From assembly GCA_018238545.1 (NCBI GenBank), contig JABCTC010000004.1:48416-112415 (forward strand): a stretch of DNA of 64,000 bases, given 5' to 3'. The DNA is from Candidatus Heimdallarchaeota archaeon. GTDB taxonomy: Archaea; Asgardarchaeota; Heimdallarchaeia; Heimdallarchaeales; Heimdallarchaeaceae. The position numbers and the translations under genes are program-made. This document shows, piece by piece, positions 58,761-64,000 of this stretch. The notes beneath the pieces were generated by a model that saw only the letters and a list, made by a program, of their open reading frames with translations, did no database searches and was not told where the DNA came from. Numbering within the stretch: the first letter of the stretch is position 1; each line of letters starts with the position of its first letter.

Positions 58761-59831
58761 CTAATTTATTACCCCAGTTTTAAGAGCCACATTTGTGGCT
58801 GCTTCATGAGATAAACCCTCGGATCCTAGAATTGTAAATCGTTTTCTAATAGTGTGAGCTGTTTCTAAGGCTGTGACCACTTCTTCAGCTGTTACACCTA
58901 GCTCTTTTGCAGTAATAGGTAAACCTAAGGTTTTCATCAGCGTTTTAACATCATCGGAACCTTCAATTCCATTATGCAAATAAGCCATCATAATTGTACC
59001 AAAAGCTGTCTGTTCACCATGTAACGCAGGAGTTTTTGCGATTGAATCTAAAGCATGGCTGAACATGTGTTCAGATCCACTTCCTGGTCTAGAAGAACCT
59101 GCAGTACACATTGCTAAAGAACTAGCTATCAAACAATTCATCACCACTCTACTGAACCCTTCTGCTTGACTTCTTATCAAACTTGCATTTTCTGTGATTA
59201 GCTTAACTGTCATTTCAGAGAGGGAAATTGAAGTAGGTGATATCAACTCATTCTTCAATCTATGAGCTAGTAACCAATCCTTTATAGCTGTTTTTTTAGC
59301 TATAACATCTCCACATCCAGCTACTGTAAATCTATAAGGTGCTTTATCTAAAATATCAGTGTCACCAACAACAGCTATCGGAGGACGGGCTTCTATAGAA
59401 TGTCGTTTGTCTACACCTTTTAATGAAGCTCTAGAGCTTGCTAGACCATCGTGACTAGCAATAGTTGGAATAGAAATGAATCGCTTGTTTGCTTTGAAAG
59501 AAGTGAGCTTGGCAACATCTATAGGTCTCCCACCACCAAGACCGATAGCATATCCAGCATCTATTTCCTTGAATAATTGCAACTGTTTATCTACTTCAGC
59601 AAGTGTGCTGTCTTCAATAACAGAAATAATAATCTCGCGTTTTTCTGCTTCCATTATCGCTTCAATTTCCTTGGCATATTTATCTCTAAGAAAAGCATCT
59701 GTAATGAGCAAACCTTTCCCTCTTAAAGCTACTTTATCTACAATCTCTGGTAGATATTTGAGCATACCTTGTCCAAGGGACAGTAGTTCAGGCATCTCGA
59801 TATGTTTGAAAGCATTGATTGGTTTAGACAT
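58761..59831 (-). CDS. egsA: sn-glycerol-1-phosphate dehydrogenase
   Basis: GLGGGRPIDVAK, PTIASHDGLAS, AGCGD, SSRPGSGSEHMFSHALD, LHGEQ, RFTILG. Confidence 0.95.
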   Translation of the reverse strand: MSKPINAFKHIEMPELLSLGQGMLKYLPEIVDKVALRGKGLLITDAFLRDKYAKEIEAIMEAEKREIIISVIEDSTLAEVDKQLQLFKEIDAGYAIGLGGGRPIDVAKLTSFKANKRFISIPTIASHDGLASSRASLKGVDKRHSIEARPPIAVVGDTDILDKAPYRFTVAGCGDVIAKKTAIKDWLLAHRLKNELISPTSISLSEMTVKLITENASLIRSQAEGFSRVVMNCLIASSLAMCTAGSSRPGSGSEHMFSHALDSIAKTPALHGEQTAFGTIMMAYLHNGIEGSDDVKTLMKTLGLPITAKELGVTAEEVVTALETAHTIRKRFTILGSEGLSHEAATNVALKTGVIN

Positions 59832-59959
59832 GATATTGTCAAAAGTAATATACCTATTTTTAAGGTCTTCCTCATTCTATGTTGGTAAAATTTTTCACTA
59901 GTTAATTTCCTTTTAATAAGAATAAAACAAAGTTTATGTTTTCTTTGCTCCTTTACAGG

Positions 59960-60172
59960 TTATTTTTTTCTTATCAGAATAGAGGAAATAATCAGTGTTG
60001 CGGATATTATTGCAATAGTTATTGAATGTAAAGGAATATTGAATATCATTATAAGAGATATTATGAAACCTAAAATACCAAATATTAGAAGCATAGTGCT
60101 ACCATAATCAGCATTTTCTTCACTAAGATTCTTTACTTTTTTTTGACTTTCAGACATAGATATATTTTGCAT
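59960..60172 (-). CDS. Small two-TM membrane protein
   Basis: 70-aa frame with two hydrophobic helices and an RKK tail. Confidence 0.5.
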   Translation of the reverse strand: MQNISMSESQKKVKNLSEENADYGSTMLLIFGILGFIISLIMIFNIPLHSITIAIISATLIISSILIRKK

Positions 60173-60265
60173 TTTGCATATTTAATCTTTCTTGTTGATA
60201 ATGCAATGCAATCAGTTTCAAATTATTAATAATACATTCAAAATTACGTGAAATATTGTATATGG

Positions 60266-63200
60266 CTATGTCCTTCTTCTCTTTATTTGCTCGATATTTG
60301 CATTTATTAACCTTCTAGTATTTGGTGAAATAGCTGTTATATCACTGTCAAAAACCAAAAAAGGCATGTGATTTTCCAAATATATTGGTTTGAGAATTGC
60401 TTGAGATATTTTATAAGGTAAACAGTTTAAGGGACCAGTTAAGACTAAGGAATCAAAAATAGAATTCTCTAATGTTTCCAATCCTTTACCAATAGTAGGA
60501 ATTGCTTCACAAAAAATAGATGGACTTATCCAAGGTTCTGCTTGCTTATATATTTCACGTAAATCGTTAGGTCCTGCATAAAGAAGACCTGTTTTACTGA
60601 ATTTCCTTCTGTGTATTCTCTCTAGTATATGTAAAAGAAATGGACCAAATTTACTGATAATAAATAATCGGGAATTGTGTTTCCAAATAGTTGCAAAAGC
60701 CTTGACATAGGTTGTAAATTTGAATTGATCAGCATTCATTCTTCGTGAAGTAGTATCTGCGAGATGATAATTACCATAAAGGAGAAGTTCAAACAGATCA
60801 GTTGATTTTACTATAATACCATGTTTAGAATATATTTCTTTAAGTTCTTTAAGAAAGAAAGGACTAAAACGGACAAAAAAGTCACCACTTACAAGAACTT
60901 TTGGATGATCCTTTGGAGAATCCTTTCTAGGTATTGTTTCAATATTTCTAATTAAGCGTCTGTAATTTTTGTTGAAATCTCTTAGAATTGTAGTTTCATC
61001 TAGGAATTGATTCCAATATTTCAATAATAGTTCTTGACCACCATTTTCACCTACAACTTCTAGTGCACTATCAACTTCAGCTACAAGATCTCCTAGAAGT
61101 GTAACCTTTGGTCCGAATCGGGCGATCTGCATGAAAGGAGTTCCCATAAAACCTGTTAGTTGATCAAATCTAAAGATAAAAACGTTCTCCAATTTGTTTT
61201 GTTCAATGAATTGTTCAAGATAGTGGAAATAACTATAAACTGCACAAGGAGCTCCGCCTCTAATCATATAAAAACCGATTAATTCACCGGGTTTTCTTTT
61301 TTCAACTGTTTCTAACATGTGTCCTATAACTATAGGTAGTGGGACACATTCTTTTCCTGTAGTATGTCTCAACCCTCTAATCGCATAATCTAGTTTTAGT
61401 GGCTCAGGATCCGCAGCATGAAAACCATAGAGATTCATTAATTTAGCAATTGCAGTAACATGAAAGTCAGAAAAACTTGGGAAGTATAGTTTTATTCTTG
61501 GATCCTTAATATCAACTCTTTTGTTATCTGAAGTTATTACAATAATTTTACCATCTCTCTTTTTTACCTTAGCTACTTGGAACGGTTTTTCTTCTTCTCT
61601 TTTTTTACTTTTTTGAGAATTTGTTATTATCTCAAGAAATGCTTCAAGTCTAGTTTGTGTTCCTGCATCAGCAGTATGAGAATCAAGTTCTAAAATAAGA
61701 AATGGTTTTGAGCGCATCTCAGTACGAACAAAATTTTGCACAAATGCATCGATTGTACAACTATAACTGTTAATATACAGGAGAAATAAGTTATCATTTT
61801 CTTTAGCTAGATCGATAGCTATTTTCACATAATTTGAAAAATACCATGGGATATCATTTACCTTTTCTTTCTCGAGAAAATCAAAAGGAATGACAGTTAC
61901 ACCCATACTAGCTAATTTTTTGGGGATTAATTGGGAAGTCTCTGGTGGAAAAGCATTATAGCTTCTTCCAAGTAACAAAATACCAGTTTCATTATTTTCC
62001 TTTAATCTTTTTATCGTTTCTCTTCCCCAGTCTAGAAATTGTTTTTCTACTGCTGTTTGTTTTTCAACTGCTTTTTTATAAGCAACAATAGCTATTTTCT
62101 TAGGAATTTTTAATTCCTTTGTAGCCATTTTAACTAAAGCTTCATCCTTTTCATAACCTTCTCCAAAGTTAAGCAGAGGACTAAGAAAGTTAGTTTCTCT
62201 GAATGCAGTAGCTATGAAATATGGACTTGACTGGGTAATTGGACAGAATGTGGCATCAAACCACTCTTCTCCCTTCTCCAATGAGTAAACCTGTGGTAAA
62301 AATATACGTGGTATATCTCTCTTTACAAGATCGTTTACTGCACCATGGAGGACTTGTATTGGGTAACAGAATGGAGCATTTGTAAGAACTTCTTTATCGT
62401 CATCAATATCAGATAAAACTACTTCAAAACCCATTTCTTCAAAAAATGTGGAGAAAAGAGGGTAAAGTGTGTGAGTAAGCAAAGCTCTAGTTATGCCTAT
62501 TTTCCCTTTGGAAGTTTTAATTATTTCTTTCTTTTTAAGATTGTTTTCAAAAATTAAATCATTTCGAAGATCAACGAGATTTTCTTTTTCCTCAGTTTTG
62601 TCTGAACCTCTCCACTGATGTTCATATTTAGAACAACTTCCACCAAAAGGAAACTTACGACCCCCTACTTCATATCTCTCAATTTGGCAGTAATTTTTGC
62701 ATGCTTTACAAGTAAAACTACTCAATTGCTTTAGCTCTTCACTGATTAAGGACTGAAGATCTGTTTTCTCAGACATTCCTTCGATTTCATGGTCAATGTA
62801 TTTTTTATTTGCAATTAATGCAATACCGAAAGCACCTATAAGCTCAGGATTTGGTGGGATAATAATTTCCTTACCTGTAGATTGAGCAAAAGCATAACCT
62901 ACAGCATTATTTTTAGCAACACCACCTTGGAAAAATATTTTCTTTCCAACTGCTCTAGTTCCTTTTACTTTGTTCAAATAATTTATAGCTATAGAAAATA
63001 CCAAACCTCCGATGATATTATCCCGATCATAATTTTCTTGCATAGCTGTTCGAACATCAGTATTAATGAAAGCTGCACAATCAGCTTGGAATCTCACAGG
63101 ATTACTTGCTTTCATAGCTATATCAGAGATATCATAGACTGTAACTCCTAGGTCTCCTTTAGCACTTTCTTCCAAAAAAGATCCTGTCCCTGCTGAACAA

Positions 63201-64000
63201 CTTGCATTCATAGCATAATCTACGGGGACACCATTTTGGAGAAACATGTATTTTGAATCTTGACCTCCAATTTCAAAGATGGTATCGACATCTTCGTCAT
63301 AGTAAACAGCACCTTCTGAATGTGCAGATATTTCATTATAGACAGCTGATGTACCAAGATAGGCACCGACAAGTTGTCTTCCAGAACCTGTAACACCAAG
63401 TAATTTTATCTTTTGATTACCAACCTGTGAAATAACTTCCTGGATACATTTTCTTGTAGCTTCTACTGGATTACCACTTGTCCTACCATAATGTGAGGCG
63501 ACAATAGCCATATCCTCTGGATCTAATAGTATAGCTTTTGTGGTAGTTGAACCTACATCAACACCTAAAATGAAGGAAGTATTTGGGTTAAAATCCTTTT
63601 TGTGTTCAACTGAAGGAATTATTGTCACCTGTTCGCTGAATTGCTCCAAAGATGGTAAAGTGGAAAAACTCTTGCTTATTTTTAATTTCAGTTCTTTTTG
63701 TTTAGGGGAATCTTTCTCTAAAAGCGCAGACCCATAAGCTTCAAAAACTGAGCTAACATCTTTAACAACGACTTCTACATCTTCTAAATCTTCTCTTAGA
63801 ATACTCACAAAAGCATCATTAAGTGCAACTCCACCTATGAGTAATACACGTTTTACATCAACTCTGGATTGAAATATCAATCCTTTGATCTTATTAGCCA
63901 TACTTGCTAGAACAGATGTAAGAACATCTTCAACTGAAGCCTCACCTCGATTCAGCTTATGAGTAATGTCCGATTTACAATGAACAGAACATCGAGAAGC
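60266..64000 (-). CDS. CoA-substrate-specific enzyme activase (2-hydroxyacyl-CoA dehydratase activator, double ASKHA + DUF2229-type); 5' end beyond the window
   Basis: Frame is open to 64000 (ASRCSVHCKSDITH...); GVDVGSTTTK, TGSGR, EIGGQDSK, MNASCSAGTGSF, CAAF, QGGVA, CKACKNYC, ELDSH. Confidence 0.9.
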   Translation of the reverse strand, partial: ASRCSVHCKSDITHKLNRGEASVEDVLTSVLASMANKIKGLIFQSRVDVKRVLLIGGVALNDAFVSILREDLEDVEVVVKDVSSVFEAYGSALLEKDSPKQKELKLKISKSFSTLPSLEQFSEQVTIIPSVEHKKDFNPNTSFILGVDVGSTTTKAILLDPEDMAIVASHYGRTSGNPVEATRKCIQEVISQVGNQKIKLLGVTGSGRQLVGAYLGTSAVYNEISAHSEGAVYYDEDVDTIFEIGGQDSKYMFLQNGVPVDYAMNASCSAGTGSFLEESAKGDLGVTVYDISDIAMKASNPVRFQADCAAFINTDVRTAMQENYDRDNIIGGLVFSIAINYLNKVKGTRAVGKKIFFQGGVAKNNAVGYAFAQSTGKEIIIPPNPELIGAFGIALIANKKYIDHEIEGMSEKTDLQSLISEELKQLSSFTCKACKNYCQIERYEVGGRKFPFGGSCSKYEHQWRGSDKTEEKENLVDLRNDLIFENNLKKKEIIKTSKGKIGITRALLTHTLYPLFSTFFEEMGFEVVLSDIDDDKEVLTNAPFCYPIQVLHGAVNDLVKRDIPRIFLPQVYSLEKGEEWFDATFCPITQSSPYFIATAFRETNFLSPLLNFGEGYEKDEALVKMATKELKIPKKIAIVAYKKAVEKQTAVEKQFLDWGRETIKRLKENNETGILLLGRSYNAFPPETSQLIPKKLASMGVTVIPFDFLEKEKVNDIPWYFSNYVKIAIDLAKENDNLFLLYINSYSCTIDAFVQNFVRTEMRSKPFLILELDSHTADAGTQTRLEAFLEIITNSQKSKKREEEKPFQVAKVKKRDGKIIVITSDNKRVDIKDPRIKLYFPSFSDFHVTAIAKLMNLYGFHAADPEPLKLDYAIRGLRHTTGKECVPLPIVIGHMLETVEKRKPGELIGFYMIRGGAPCAVYSYFHYLEQFIEQNKLENVFIFRFDQLTGFMGTPFMQIARFGPKVTLLGDLVAEVDSALEVVGENGGQELLLKYWNQFLDETTILRDFNKNYRRLIRNIETIPRKDSPKDHPKVLVSGDFFVRFSPFFLKELKEIYSKHGIIVKSTDLFELLLYGNYHLADTTSRRMNADQFKFTTYVKAFATIWKHNSRLFIISKFGPFLLHILERIHRRKFSKTGLLYAGPNDLREIYKQAEPWISPSIFCEAIPTIGKGLETLENSIFDSLVLTGPLNCLPYKISQAILKPIYLENHMPFLVFDSDITAISPNTRRLINANIEQIKRRRT

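Noticed and set aside
1609-63737. The many 60-145 aa ORFs overlapping larger genes (e.g. 3105-3380, 17702-18028, 43950-44321, 54387-54824, 58267-58650, 59476-59901)
   Set aside because: Antisense or off-frame shadows of well-supported genes, with no recognisable motifs
1-64000. CRISPR arrays, tRNA/rRNA genes, transposases, integrases, phage genes
   Set aside because: No spaced repeat series, no GC-rich cloverleaf or rRNA-like tract, and no recombinase or capsid motifs seen; intergenic gaps are short and AT-rich

Overview
AT-rich archaeal chromosomal segment, densely coding, with about 55 genes. egsA, mtd, an archaeal-type AsnRS and nurA-herA-mre11-rad50 show it is archaeal. The surface proteins with C-terminal TM+basic anchors and the kynureninase suggest Asgard archaea/Heimdallarchaeia, but that is inference. 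I found no rRNA, tRNA, CRISPR array, integrase or transposase. Recognisable genes: asnS, mtd, mtnA, a double-length (1918 aa) uvrA, kynU, a nurA-herA-mre11-rad50 operon, aor with two ubiquitin-fold neighbours, egsA, and partial genes at both edges (S8 protease; CoA-substrate activase). Main candidates for novelty: (1) two orphan, membrane-anchored family-5 solute-binding proteins with circularly permuted domain order, one directly upstream of a split ectodomain-TM-wHTH regulator; (2) a MoaD-like protein with an internal CGG and a His-containing tail, between aor and a canonical MoaD; (3) three tandem MobA-like nucleotidyltransferases interleaved with a stand-alone 7TM protein carrying a TM7 lysine, next to a small protein with strict 11-residue aromatic periodicity; (4) a coiled-coil/amphipathic-helix protein appended to the DSB-repair operon; (5) two possibly GOLD-like type-I membrane paralogs bracketed by a perfect 35-bp direct repeat. 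All family calls come from reading motifs by eye; no searches were run.
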